DNA of 64,000 nucleotides from Candidatus Caldarchaeales archaeon. GTDB taxonomy: Archaea > Thermoproteota > Nitrososphaeria_A > Caldarchaeales > Calditenuaceae. The translations under genes and the position numbers were made by a program. Below the pieces are notes generated by a model that saw only the letters and a program-made list of their open reading frames with translations, did no database searches and was not told the origin of the DNA. The DNA is taken from the NCBI GenBank assembly GCA_039630085.1, contig JBCNVM010000002.1:64001-128000 (forward strand). Direction: 5' to 3'. Position 1 is the first letter of the stretch. Each line of letters begins with the position of its first letter. Below are positions 45,546-55,273 of the stretch, piece after piece.

Positions 45546-47081
45546 TCACCTCACCACCTTCGGGACCGTCGGCGAGTACCTCATCCTCTCCCTGACGGGC
45601 TTCGGCCAATCGTCGACCTCGAACCCGTGCCTCGCGAGGAAGGCCGCGGCCCACCTCGAGATCCCGTGGCCGATGCAGCCGGTCCAGATCGGCCTCTCCT
45701 TCACCTCCTTTATCCTGAAGGCGTTGACGTAGAAGTCCCTGTGCACCGTCGCGGCCGTGATCTCGAGCCACTCGGCGCTCTCCCTATCTCCCCTGTAGGC
45801 CATGTAGACCTCGACGTCGAGCGTCGGGATCTTCGCGGACGTCGAGACGTCGATCACCCTCTTCCTGGCCTCCTCGGGGGAGAGGTAGAAGGGCGCTCCA
45901 GCGACGACCCGCCACTCGAGGTCCAAGTCCTTATCGACTACCTCGACGGCCCTGTCGACGACCGAGTCCCTCAGCTCGACGACGTCCTCCGGAGAGCCTA
46001 GCACCACCATCTCCATCCTGAGGAACTCGTTGGTCCTGACGATCCCCTCGACCCCTCCCGCCTCGTTCCTCCACGTCCACCCTCCCATCACGTCGAAGGC
46101 CTTCACCGGGAGGTCCTCGACCCTGACGTACTCCTGGCTGAAGAACTGGTAGAAGGGCGGGCACTGGACCGCGTCCAGGACGTACCTCGGGTCCTCGAGG
46201 ACGCCCCTCAGCAGGTCAATTCTGAGCTCCTTCCTGAGCGAGTACTCCCTCTTGAACTCGGTGAAGGCGTCCGGGTCCCTCGGGGGCGGACAGACGTAGA
46301 AGAGGCCCTCAGGGAGGTGCTCGACGTAGGTGGAGAGCCTCTGGAAGACCTCCATCGGGAGGAGCCTCGGGAAGACCCACTCTTGGAAGCCGAGCGGCAG
46401 GCATATTCGGTCTATTATCAGCTGAACTATGGACCTGATGAGCGAGGCCATGGGAGGAGCGTAGATCCACTGGCCCCTACCCGGGAAACGCTTGATCCAG
46501 CCGAGCGACTCCGCCACCTGCCCCACGTCCTCGGTCACCTTCTGGGGCTTCGCGGGACCTCTCCTCAGGACGGTCCCGAAGGTCGCCGGGACCACGATCT
46601 CCTCCGCGACCGCGCTGACCCTCACCCTCCTCAGCGCCCTCTCCACGAGCCTGTCCTGTAGCTCCTTCTCGGTAAGGCCCGCGAACTTGACCTCGAGCGA
46701 CTCCCCGACCTGCGAGACCTCCGCGACGCCCTCCAGCTCCCTCACCGCCCTCTCCCTGTCGAAGCCCCTCTCCAGCCGGACCCTCAGCTCCTCGACCAGC
46801 GTCCCCCTGACCCCGACCCTGTAGGACCTCCCCATCGACTCCGCGACCGCGTTCTTCAGCCTCAGGACCGCGTCGGTCGCCCATACCGCGGTCCCCGACT
46901 CGACCTCGAACTGGAACTCGTTCCCCCTCAGCTCGAACCTCAGCAGCCTCGCGCCCTCGGCCGCCTTCTCCGGCGAGACTCCCTTCGAGAGGGCCGCGTT
47001 GAGGTCCGCGACGACCCTCTGGAGGCCCTCCGCGTCGACGGACGGCGCTGCGCTGAGGACGAACTTGCCCCTCGCGAGCAT
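45546..47081 (-). CDS. serS: Seryl-tRNA synthetase, methanogen-type (Zn-dependent)
   Basis: GWIKRFPGRGQW, CPPPRDP, QCPPFY, GGWTWRNEAGG..G..RTNEF.R.E, WTGCIG.GISRW. Confidence 0.9.
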   Translation of the reverse strand: MLARGKFVLSAAPSVDAEGLQRVVADLNAALSKGVSPEKAAEGARLLRFELRGNEFQFEVESGTAVWATDAVLRLKNAVAESMGRSYRVGVRGTLVEELRVRLERGFDRERAVRELEGVAEVSQVGESLEVKFAGLTEKELQDRLVERALRRVRVSAVAEEIVVPATFGTVLRRGPAKPQKVTEDVGQVAESLGWIKRFPGRGQWIYAPPMASLIRSIVQLIIDRICLPLGFQEWVFPRLLPMEVFQRLSTYVEHLPEGLFYVCPPPRDPDAFTEFKREYSLRKELRIDLLRGVLEDPRYVLDAVQCPPFYQFFSQEYVRVEDLPVKAFDVMGGWTWRNEAGGVEGIVRTNEFLRMEMVVLGSPEDVVELRDSVVDRAVEVVDKDLDLEWRVVAGAPFYLSPEEARKRVIDVSTSAKIPTLDVEVYMAYRGDRESAEWLEITAATVHRDFYVNAFRIKEVKERPIWTGCIGHGISRWAAAFLARHGFEVDDWPKPVRERMRYSPTVPKVVR

Positions 47082-47207
47082 CCTCAAAGCCTTTCCACGA
47101 CCTGTGGTCCTCCGGTAACATAAACTTACGCGGAATCCCGCTGAGGCCTCCGCCATCGACCTTCGCTGTAGACTGATATAGGACCCGGGGTCGAGGGTGA
47201 TGCGAGG

Positions 47208-47549
47208 ATGGAGTTCTGCCCGAACTGCGGCAGCTTCATGACGACCGCGAGGACGAGCGGAGGAGTCGCGCTAGTCTGCAGGCGATGCGGCTACAGGAAG
47301 GCGGGCAGGACCGTGGAGATCAGGCTGAGGGCCTCCAACAGGCCTACAGGAAGGCAGAGGGTGGGCGTCGTCGTGGAGGAGGCCGATGTGGAGTCCTCGG
47401 TCCACCCGAAGACGACCGACGTGGTCTGTCCGGAGTGCGGGAACAGGGAGGCCTACTGGTGGACGGTGCAGACGAGGTCCGCCGACGAGCCGATGACCCA
47501 GTTCTTCAGGTGCACCAGGTGCGGCCACACCTGGCGCGAGTACTCCTGA
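47208..47549 (+). CDS. tfs: Transcript cleavage factor TFS
   Basis: Two Zn ribbons; QTRSADEP acidic hairpin. Confidence 0.95.
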   Translation: MEFCPNCGSFMTTARTSGGVALVCRRCGYRKAGRTVEIRLRASNRPTGRQRVGVVVEEADVESSVHPKTTDVVCPECGNREAYWWTVQTRSADEPMTQFFRCTRCGHTWREYS

Positions 47550-47557
47550 GCACGCGC

Positions 47558-48277
47558 TCACCTCTCGACGAGGACCGCCTTCTTCCTGCACCCCACCGGG
47601 AACCTGATGGAGTTCCAGACCTCCTCCCTGGCGTGGAGCGAGTAGATCCCTGAGCACCTGATCCCCCTGTCCTGGAGGAAGGAGATGAAGTCCGTGAGCG
47701 GACTGGGCGATCCGACCGAGCTCGCGAAGACCAACACCCCGTCCCTGAAGGCCCTGATGACCGACGGCACCCAGAGGTGCCTCGAGGAGTAGTCGCCCTT
47801 CGGCCTGTAGGTGACCGGGAAGTATTCCTCCGTGTCGCACATCGGCCGCTCGCCGATCATCACGATCCCGCAGCCCGTGACGAGCGAGAACGCGACTGTC
47901 AGGGGGACTGCCTGTGGGTCCAAGTTCGCGGCCCCGACCACCCTGGTCCCCTCGAACGTCCCGAGCGCGTGGTACGCGAGGAGCTTCAGGGCCTGGCCGT
48001 CGGCGGCGAGCCTGACCGCCCATCCATCCCGGTAGTGCTCAACGTACTCCCTCACGAGCTCCTCAGGCCTTATGATCTCGAGGGCGCGCCTCACGATCTC
48101 CCTCGCTACGCGCGGCCTCGGGACGGTCCTCCTGTGGAGGTACCTCACGAGGGTCGACTGCGAGATCCCCAACAGCTTCGAGAGCTTGCTGTAGTTGTAC
48201 CTGCTCTTGAGGAAAGAGAGGACGTCGACCGCCGCGGTCACGTTCTGCGTCGTGATCACCGTCCTCCGGGCGGTCAT
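47558..48277 (-). CDS. HTH plus degenerate phosphoribosyltransferase-like regulator
   Basis: YSKLSKLLGISQSTLVRYL...P; PRT-like C-terminal half without the DD loop. Confidence 0.65.
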   Translation of the reverse strand: MTARRTVITTQNVTAAVDVLSFLKSRYNYSKLSKLLGISQSTLVRYLHRRTVPRPRVAREIVRRALEIIRPEELVREYVEHYRDGWAVRLAADGQALKLLAYHALGTFEGTRVVGAANLDPQAVPLTVAFSLVTGCGIVMIGERPMCDTEEYFPVTYRPKGDYSSRHLWVPSVIRAFRDGVLVFASSVGSPSPLTDFISFLQDRGIRCSGIYSLHAREEVWNSIRFPVGCRKKAVLVER

Positions 48278-48332
48278 CCCCCACAGACCTTCCGTCCGAA
48301 ATTAAGTGATTATCCCCCGGGTCCGGAGCCAC

Positions 48333-48854
48333 TCATTCGCGGAGCCTCAGGTTCCTCCTGTGGTGCTCGGGGAGGACGCCGAGGAGCCTCTCGTAGGTGC
48401 CGGAGAGGAGCTCGGGGAGCACCTTGGTGTCGCCTATCACCGGCATGAAGTTCGTGTCGCCCACCCACCTCGGGACCACGTGGACGTGTATGTGGTCCTC
48501 TATACCTGCGCCGGCCGCCTTGCCCAAGTTCATCCCCACGTTGAACCCCGAGGGCCTGTAGGCCTTGTTCAGCAGCTCGACGGAGAGCCTCGTAAGGCTC
48601 ATCATCTCGGCCAGTTCGTGGTCCCGGAGCCTCGTGATGTCCCCCTCGTGCCTCACCGTCGCGACCATCAGGTGTCCGGTGTTGTACGGGAACGCGTTCA
48701 GGATGACGAAGGCCCTCCTTCCCCTTACTAGGATTAGGTTAGCCCGGTCGTCGCTGTCGTTGAACTTCTGGCAGAAGATGCACCCCTCCCTCGGGCCCGA
48801 CTTCACCGCCTTCTCGATGTAGCCCATCCTCCAAGGCGCCCAGAGCCTCTCCAC
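48333..48854 (-). CDS. HIT-family (Ap4A) hydrolase
   Basis: LWAPWR, CIFC, NAFPYNTGH, HIHVHVVPRW.GD.NFM. Confidence 0.93.
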   Translation of the reverse strand: MERLWAPWRMGYIEKAVKSGPREGCIFCQKFNDSDDRANLILVRGRRAFVILNAFPYNTGHLMVATVRHEGDITRLRDHELAEMMSLTRLSVELLNKAYRPSGFNVGMNLGKAAGAGIEDHIHVHVVPRWVGDTNFMPVIGDTKVLPELLSGTYERLLGVLPEHHRRNLRLRE

Positions 48855-48943
48855 GCACGTTGGTCGCTGACCACGCCCTTAAAGCTTGAGCCCTCAACGG
48901 GACAGCGTTATTGACGAGCTGCGGCCTCTTCGAGGTGGTGTCG

Positions 48944-49147
48944 GTGTTGTTCTACGTCGTGAGGTGCCCCAAGTGCTCCAAGATCTCCGTGACGAGGGCT
49001 AGGACGGCCTACAGGTGTCCGTTCTGCGGCCTGAAGGTCTCGGTCGACGAGACGACGGTCCTCCACGTCGCGAGGGACGCCAGAAGGGCTAGGGAAGTCG
49101 CGTCACAGCTGAAGGTCAGGGGCTCAGGCTCGGATCAGACCGAGTGA
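48944..49147 (+). CDS. Small Zn-ribbon protein (DUF1922-like)
   Basis: RCPKC...RCPFCG, then AREVA helix. Confidence 0.65.
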   Translation: MLFYVVRCPKCSKISVTRARTAYRCPFCGLKVSVDETTVLHVARDARRAREVASQLKVRGSGSDQTE

Positions 49148-50271
49148 AGCTCCACGACCCGTGACTCCCCTGTGAGGGCCATCCGCCTAGAGGGCGAGGC
49201 CCACTCCGCCTCCCTCCCGTAGACCACGGCCTCTAGGAGGAGCTCGGCGACGCCCGCCGACCTCATCAGGCCGTAGCCGTCGAGCCCGTCGACGACGAAG
49301 CAGTTGCTGGTCCCGGGCACCCTGCCCACCAGCGGCATTCCGTCGTACGTCGAGCTGCAGGGCCCCGCCCATCCGCCGTCTACGAGAACGCCCTCGGGCC
49401 GCCTCAGCCTCTCCGAGAGAAGGTCCACGATGTGGTACACGTACTCAGGCTCGACCGGACCTATCGCGCCCTCAGCCCTGTCGACCACCCTCGAGTAACC
49501 GTTCCCGGCCAGCGAGGTCCTGCCGAATTCCCGCCGCATGTAGAGGTGGTTTTCGGAGACGTAAAAGGGGACGTAGCTGCGCGGCTCAGGTATCCTCAGC
49601 TTCACCACCTGGCACTTGTATATCACCGTGGGGACATCGTAGATCCCGAGCTCCGACAACAGAGGCCTGTTCCACGGTCCGGCCGCGAAGACCAAGTTGT
49701 CGGCCCTCAGGCTCCCCGTGCCGTTGAGTTGGACATCCTCTATCGAGTCGCCCGAGGTGCGGACCCCGGTTATCCTGTTCCCCGAGTAGACCTTCACGCC
49801 CAGCTGGTCGATGAGCCTCGAGTAGGCCCTCCCGAGCCCCTCCAAGTCTACGACCCTGTCGACTCCCGTGTAGACACCCATCTCGTGGTCCTTGGTCAGG
49901 AGCACCGGGACCAGCTCCTGCAGCCCCTCGCGGTCCAGCAGCCTGCAGTTCACGCCCTGCGAAGCTAGTGACCTCGCGGTCTCCTCAGCCATCCACCGGG
50001 GCTCGACGGTGACGAACCCGGTCTCCTCCATGAACTTCACCTCCGAAAGCGTCTCGACCTCCTCGAGGACCTCTATCGTCCTCATGGCCAGCCTGATGTC
50101 TTGCTCGAGGCTCAACTGGGCAGTCACAATCCCCGCGCTGAAACCCGTGGCCCCGCTCAGAACGTTGTGCCGCTCGATCAGCGCTACCTTCATTCCCCTC
50201 TTCGCTGCGAGGTAGGAGATCGCGAGCCCGACTGCTCCACCGCCGATCACCGCTATGTCGTATGAAGTCAC
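49135..50271 (-). CDS. FAD-dependent oxidoreductase (DAO / sarcosine oxidase beta family)
   Basis: IGGGAVG, GATGFSAG, AAGPW, WAG...TYDGMPLVG, GYGLM. Confidence 0.88.
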   Translation of the reverse strand: MTSYDIAVIGGGAVGLAISYLAAKRGMKVALIERHNVLSGATGFSAGIVTAQLSLEQDIRLAMRTIEVLEEVETLSEVKFMEETGFVTVEPRWMAEETARSLASQGVNCRLLDREGLQELVPVLLTKDHEMGVYTGVDRVVDLEGLGRAYSRLIDQLGVKVYSGNRITGVRTSGDSIEDVQLNGTGSLRADNLVFAAGPWNRPLLSELGIYDVPTVIYKCQVVKLRIPEPRSYVPFYVSENHLYMRREFGRTSLAGNGYSRVVDRAEGAIGPVEPEYVYHIVDLLSERLRRPEGVLVDGGWAGPCSSTYDGMPLVGRVPGTSNCFVVDGLDGYGLMRSAGVAELLLEAVVYGREAEWASPSRRMALTGESRVVELHSV

Positions 50272-50405
50272 GGGCTTTCCCCGATCATTTCGTTTCCATC
50301 ATGTGATATAACTGTAGGTTCTTTTATTTTCAGTAATACGGCGAAATGATATAATAAAAACCAAGCTCTTAAAACACATTGCGAGAAATTGCACGCAAAA
50401 GGAAC

Positions 50406-51770
50406 TTATCTTGATGAACCGGACGTTATGTAGCTATTAAGTATCCTATGGAACTTTTTTACAACGTCTACGGCATTAACACCGAATATAAGGGTCATGG
50501 GCTCTTTTCCGTAATCTCCAGTGTGATATACTAGGTCAGTCACTCTGCCAGTGGACTTTATGGCTTCACCGACGCCCCACCTGATCGTCATCCCTTCAAC
50601 CCGCTTGATGTCCGGAGGCTCCCTGGCGCGGTCGTAGCTCGAGACCGAATATCCAAGGGAGCGGGCTACCTCGATGAACCTCGCGTCGAACCTCACGTTC
50701 ATCGCGGACCTGATCCCCCTGTCGAAGGAGTGCGCGGTTAAGACCGCTGAAGCCACGTGCCTCGAGCCTCCGGGCATGGGGCAGGTGCTGGCCCTGAGCC
50801 TTTCACCGGACCTCACGATCCTCCCGGGGTATCCGATCACGTCCTCAACGGACTGACCGTACTCTATCGTCTCGACCAGGTTGATCATCGACTCGGGGCA
50901 CATGAGACCAGCGCCCTCAATTGACTCGAGGAGCTCCGTCGCGGCCTGGACGCTCTCGCAGGCGTCGAGCAGCCGGGCCTTCCTGAGCGCGGCCCAGACC
51001 GGGTTCACGGGACCGGAACCGCGACCTAGGTCAAGACCGTACCGTATCGCGTCCTCGACGAACTTCTTCGCCATCCTCACCGACCCGACGACGCTCCTGC
51101 CGTGCGCCAAATGGGCAGCGATCGCGGAGGCAAAGACGCACCCTGTGCCATGGGTGTTCCTCGACTCGATGCGGTCGCCCTCGAGCGTGACGAGCTCGCC
51201 TTCGTGGTAGACCACGTCGACGACCTTACGGCCTGGGATGTGCCCTCCCTTCACCACGACCGCCTTGCAGCCGAGCTGCGCGATCTCCTTCGCGGCCCTC
51301 GCCTGGTCCTCGACCGACCTGACTTCGAAGCCGCAGAGCCTCTCGGCCTCTCTGGCGTTGGGCGTGACGACCGTGGCGATCGGTAGAAGCTCGGACCTCA
51401 ACGATTCGACGGCATCAGGCCTCAGCAGGGGAGCTCCGCTCTTGGCTACCATCACGGGGTCGACGACGATCGGGACTCCGACTCCCCTGAGCTCCGCGGC
51501 CACGGCCCTGATTATCTCGGTGGTGTGGAGCATTCCGGTCTTCACGGAGTCTACCCCGATGTCCTCGACGCAGACCCTGATCTGCTCCACGACCATCTCG
51601 GGGTCCAGGTCCACGATCCTGGTCACCTGGTGCGTGTTCTGGGCCGTGATCGAGGTGATCGCGGACATGCCGTGGACGCCGAGCGCGGCGAACGTCTTCA
51701 GGTCAGCCTGTATCCCCGCACCTCCTCCCGAGTCCGAGCCTGCGACCGTGAGGGCCCTTGGCAGACGCAC
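50406..51770 (-). CDS. thiDN: Bifunctional HMP/HMP-P kinase and thiamine-phosphate synthase
   Basis: AGSDSGGGAGIQADLK, VDPVM, NTHGTGC; ThiN part PGRIV, SRHVA, SAMNVR, GDYGKEP. Confidence 0.93.
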   Translation of the reverse strand: MRLPRALTVAGSDSGGGAGIQADLKTFAALGVHGMSAITSITAQNTHQVTRIVDLDPEMVVEQIRVCVEDIGVDSVKTGMLHTTEIIRAVAAELRGVGVPIVVDPVMVAKSGAPLLRPDAVESLRSELLPIATVVTPNAREAERLCGFEVRSVEDQARAAKEIAQLGCKAVVVKGGHIPGRKVVDVVYHEGELVTLEGDRIESRNTHGTGCVFASAIAAHLAHGRSVVGSVRMAKKFVEDAIRYGLDLGRGSGPVNPVWAALRKARLLDACESVQAATELLESIEGAGLMCPESMINLVETIEYGQSVEDVIGYPGRIVRSGERLRASTCPMPGGSRHVASAVLTAHSFDRGIRSAMNVRFDARFIEVARSLGYSVSSYDRAREPPDIKRVEGMTIRWGVGEAIKSTGRVTDLVYHTGDYGKEPMTLIFGVNAVDVVKKFHRILNSYITSGSSR

Positions 51771-51866
51771 GGGGATCGACCTCGTCAGCGTCCGGGGTTT
51801 GCTCGCCCATAAGGGTGACCGCACGAGCTCGACCCGAGTGGGGCGCGTTAGACCCGACCGGCCCGC

Positions 51867-52817
51867 TCACACCTCCCTGACCATCCTGTTCCTCAACAGG
51901 CCGATCCTCTCGATCTCGGCCTCGACGACGTCGCCGTGCTTGAGGAACTCCCTCCCGGCCGCGGCAACGCCTGCCGGAGTCCCCGTCGCCAGAATGTCGC
52001 CGGGCATGAGGGTCAGACCGTCGGATAGGTACTCGATCAGCTCGCCGACCCTGAAGACCATGTCCTCGGTCGTGCTGTCCTGCCTCAGCTCTCCGTTGAC
52101 CCTGAGGGTCAGCCTCAGAGGGTAGGGGCTGCCGACCTCGTCCCTGGTGACCAGGTAGGGCCCGCAAGGGGCAGCGGTGTCGAGGCTCTTCCCGTGAACC
52201 CAGTTGTACCCGAGCCGGCTCGCCCTCTGCGGCCAGCCCGGCGGGAACTGCTTGTCCCTGAAGCTGACGTCGTTGAAGACCGTGTACCCGGCGATGACCT
52301 CCTCCGCCTCCCTCCTCGAGACGTACTTCGCCTTCCTTCCTATCACGACCGCAAGCTCCACCTCGTAGTCGACCTTTGCCGAAGTCCGCGGTATCAGCAC
52401 GTCCGACCCGTGGCCGACGAGCGCGTTGGCGAACTTCCCGAAGAAGTAGGGCCTCTCGGGTATCTCGACCGACATCTCCTCGGCGTGGGAGCGGTAGTTG
52501 ACCGCGACGCAGACGATCTTCTGCGGGTCCGGGACCGGAGGTAGGAACTCGACCTCGTCCGGCTCCCTGAGGACCGCGGCCTTAGTCTTGGGTTCCTCTT
52601 CGAGGATCCTCTCGGCCCTCTCCGCGAGCCTCCTGACGAATCCCATCGCCTCCTCTCCCGCCGAGAGCAACGCCATCATCGACCTGAGCCATCGGGGGAC
52701 GGACTCCTCGCCGTAGATGATCTTGTACGCGGATCCGACGTCCAATATCCCCCTTCTTGAAAGGAGCCCGAGCCTCACGTCCTCGTCGCCCTTTGCCCTG
52801 AACGAGAGGAGCCTCAT
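51867..52817 (-). CDS. Fumarylacetoacetate hydrolase family protein
   Basis: VNYRSH, DYEVEL, NDVSFRD, GKSLD, GDILATGTP. Confidence 0.92.
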   Translation of the reverse strand: MRLLSFRAKGDEDVRLGLLSRRGILDVGSAYKIIYGEESVPRWLRSMMALLSAGEEAMGFVRRLAERAERILEEEPKTKAAVLREPDEVEFLPPVPDPQKIVCVAVNYRSHAEEMSVEIPERPYFFGKFANALVGHGSDVLIPRTSAKVDYEVELAVVIGRKAKYVSRREAEEVIAGYTVFNDVSFRDKQFPPGWPQRASRLGYNWVHGKSLDTAAPCGPYLVTRDEVGSPYPLRLTLRVNGELRQDSTTEDMVFRVGELIEYLSDGLTLMPGDILATGTPAGVAAAGREFLKHGDVVEAEIERIGLLRNRMVREV

Positions 52818-52951
52818 GGTCAGGATCTCGGGACGCGAGCGGTCAATACGCGGGTAAAAGGTTTGTGCGAGACTGCGGGGCGGTTCGTTGAGAGCGGGTT
52901 GAAGGGCTCGCTTCCTCGGCGCGCTCTCGATGCCCTAATCTCGAGCCACGA

Positions 52952-54088
52952 GTGCGAACGGGCGTGGGTCGCGTCGCGGTCGTCGGCGCAGGTCCCGCGG
53001 GCCTAATCGCCGCGAGGGAGCTGGCAGGGTTGGGGCACGAGGTGACGGTCTTCGAGGAGGACGAGGTCGTGGGGAGGCCGGAACATTGCGCGGGCCTCTA
53101 CAGCGTCAGCGGGCTCAGGAGGATAGGCGCGTGGAGTCCGAGGTACGTCCTGAACTACGTGAGGGGCGCGGTCTTCAGGTCTTCGAGGGGGAGGGAGCTG
53201 GTCGTGAGGAGGCCGACGCCGGTCGCCGTGGTGGCGAACAGGGAGGAGCTCGACCGCCTCCTGGCGGAGCTCGCGGTTTCAAAGGGCGCCGAGATCGGGC
53301 TGGGCGCGAGGGTGACCGGCCTGAGCCTGAGGGAAGGCCCCGAGTTGCACGTCGGCGGCGACCGGAGGAAGTTCGACGCGGCGGTTATCGCGGAGGGGAT
53401 GAAGAGGTCGTTGGCGAGGGCGCTCTTCGGCCCTTTGACGAGGGCTCAGCCGGTCCCGATAGTCCAGTCGCTGATCAGGGGTCACGGACTCGACCCCGAC
53501 GCGGTCCACGTCTGGTTCGAGCGGTACCTGAAGGACTACTTCGCCTACGCCGTTCCCCTCGACGAGGAGCTGGCCAGGATAGGGCTCGCTTCCAAGAGCG
53601 GGACGCCGGAGCTGCTGAAGAGGTTCGCGAGGGAGAGGTTCCCGGGGGCGAAGGTCCTGGGCTATCAGGTCCACTCGCTCTGGCTGGGGGGGCCCTTGAA
53701 CGTCGGGCTCGGGGGCCGGGCGGTGCTGGTCGGAGACTGCGCCGGTCAGACCAAACCGCTCACGGGCGGAGGCGTGGTGGTGGGTGGTCTCTGCGCGATC
53801 GCGGCCGCTAACCACGTCAACGCGCTCCTAGTGGAGGGGAGGGACGGGACATACAGGAGGGCCGTGAGGTGGATCTACTGGGACCTGAGGGCGTCGAAGC
53901 TCCTCAAGGACCTGCTGACGCGGAGGATGGGGGTCGATGACCTGATAGAGGCCGCGGCGGACTCGGGCATCGAGAAGAGGATCTCGGAAGTGGGGGACAT
54001 GGACTTCCACGCGCTCACCGCGCTCAGGGCCCTGCCCTCGCCGAGCGGTATGAGGTTCCTAATGGGCCTCCTGAGGTCCTTGTTCTAG
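52952..54088 (+). CDS. Geranylgeranyl reductase family flavoprotein
   Basis: VGAGPAG, GRPEHCAG, REELDR.LA, VGDCAGQTKPLTGGG. Confidence 0.85.
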   Translation: MRTGVGRVAVVGAGPAGLIAARELAGLGHEVTVFEEDEVVGRPEHCAGLYSVSGLRRIGAWSPRYVLNYVRGAVFRSSRGRELVVRRPTPVAVVANREELDRLLAELAVSKGAEIGLGARVTGLSLREGPELHVGGDRRKFDAAVIAEGMKRSLARALFGPLTRAQPVPIVQSLIRGHGLDPDAVHVWFERYLKDYFAYAVPLDEELARIGLASKSGTPELLKRFARERFPGAKVLGYQVHSLWLGGPLNVGLGGRAVLVGDCAGQTKPLTGGGVVVGGLCAIAAANHVNALLVEGRDGTYRRAVRWIYWDLRASKLLKDLLTRRMGVDDLIEAAADSGIEKRISEVGDMDFHALTALRALPSPSGMRFLMGLLRSLF

Positions 54089-55248
54089 TGGCGCTCCTCG
54101 ATCGGGACGTACCTCTGCCCCACGGGAGGACCGACGTAATGATGCACCGGTCTGATCAGCCTATTGTCCTTCCAGTACTCGAGGACGTGGGCGACCCAGC
54201 CGACCACCCTGCTGACCGCGAAGACCGCGGTGAAGTAGTCTGGAGGTATTCCGACCGCGGTGTAGACCATCGGTGTCCAGAAGTCCAGGTTCGGGAAGAG
54301 CCCCTTTGGAGCCAGCCTCGCCATCGCGGCCTCCTCGAGCCTCGTGGCGATCTCGTAGAGGGTCTTGACCCTGCCTCCGACGATCTGCGCGGCCTTGGCG
54401 GCCATCGCCTTGACGACCTTCGCCCTTGGGTCGTAGATCTTGTAAATCCTGTGGCCGAAGCCCATCACCCTCCTCTTCTCTGAGAGGGCCTTCTCCAGCC
54501 AGGCCTCGACCCTGTCGGGGTCGCCGATCTCCACGAACTGCCGGTACGCAGCCTCCGAGGCGCCCCCGTGAAGCGGTCCCTTGAGGGCCATGATGCCTGA
54601 GACGATCGAGGAGTAGATGTCGCTGAGGGTTGAAGCGGTGACGACCGCGCCGAAGGTCGAGGCGGGCACGCCGTGCTCCGCGTGGAGGATGAGGATGTCG
54701 TCGAGGAACTCGAGCTGATAGGGCTCAGGCCTTTTTGACGTGACCAAGTAGATTAAGTTGCCGGCTATGCCCAACGACGGGTCCGGAGGGACGGGCTCCT
54801 CGCCCTGATGGACCCGAATGACGTTCCCGAGGACTGACCCGGCCTTCGCTAGCGCCCTGATCGCGTGGCGCATGTGGTCCCCGTCGCCCGCCGCGCCCTT
54901 CCCGGCCAAGATGTAATACGCAGCCAGCGCGTCCATCCCTCCTGACCTCTTCGCCGAGAACTTCACGGTCTCGAGCTCGTCGCCGTCGAGGACCATCTCC
55001 TCCCTCAGCCTCGCGACGAACTCCCCGAACTCGGCCCGATTGGGGAGCCTGCCGTTGAGCAGCAGGTACGCCACCTCCTCGTAGCTGCTCTTCACCACGA
55101 GCTCCTCGACGTCGTAGCCGACGTAGTACAGCTTGCCGTTCTCCGTGTCTATCAGGCAGAGGGAGCTTTCGAGCACGTGAACGCCCTCGAGACCCTTATA
55201 GACTCTGGGAGGCGTCTCCATGATCGACTCTTGAATGATGTTAGCCAT
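54085..55248 (-). CDS. Citrate / 2-methylcitrate synthase
   Basis: KGLEGV, HAEH..PASTF, GPLHGGA, MGFGHRIY, DPR, PNLDF. Confidence 0.92.
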   Translation of the reverse strand: MANIIQESIMETPPRVYKGLEGVHVLESSLCLIDTENGKLYYVGYDVEELVVKSSYEEVAYLLLNGRLPNRAEFGEFVARLREEMVLDGDELETVKFSAKRSGGMDALAAYYILAGKGAAGDGDHMRHAIRALAKAGSVLGNVIRVHQGEEPVPPDPSLGIAGNLIYLVTSKRPEPYQLEFLDDILILHAEHGVPASTFGAVVTASTLSDIYSSIVSGIMALKGPLHGGASEAAYRQFVEIGDPDRVEAWLEKALSEKRRVMGFGHRIYKIYDPRAKVVKAMAAKAAQIVGGRVKTLYEIATRLEEAAMARLAPKGLFPNLDFWTPMVYTAVGIPPDYFTAVFAVSRVVGWVAHVLEYWKDNRLIRPVHHYVGPPVGQRYVPIEERH

Positions 55249-55273
55249 TAATAGTCTTTACACCCAAAGGAGA

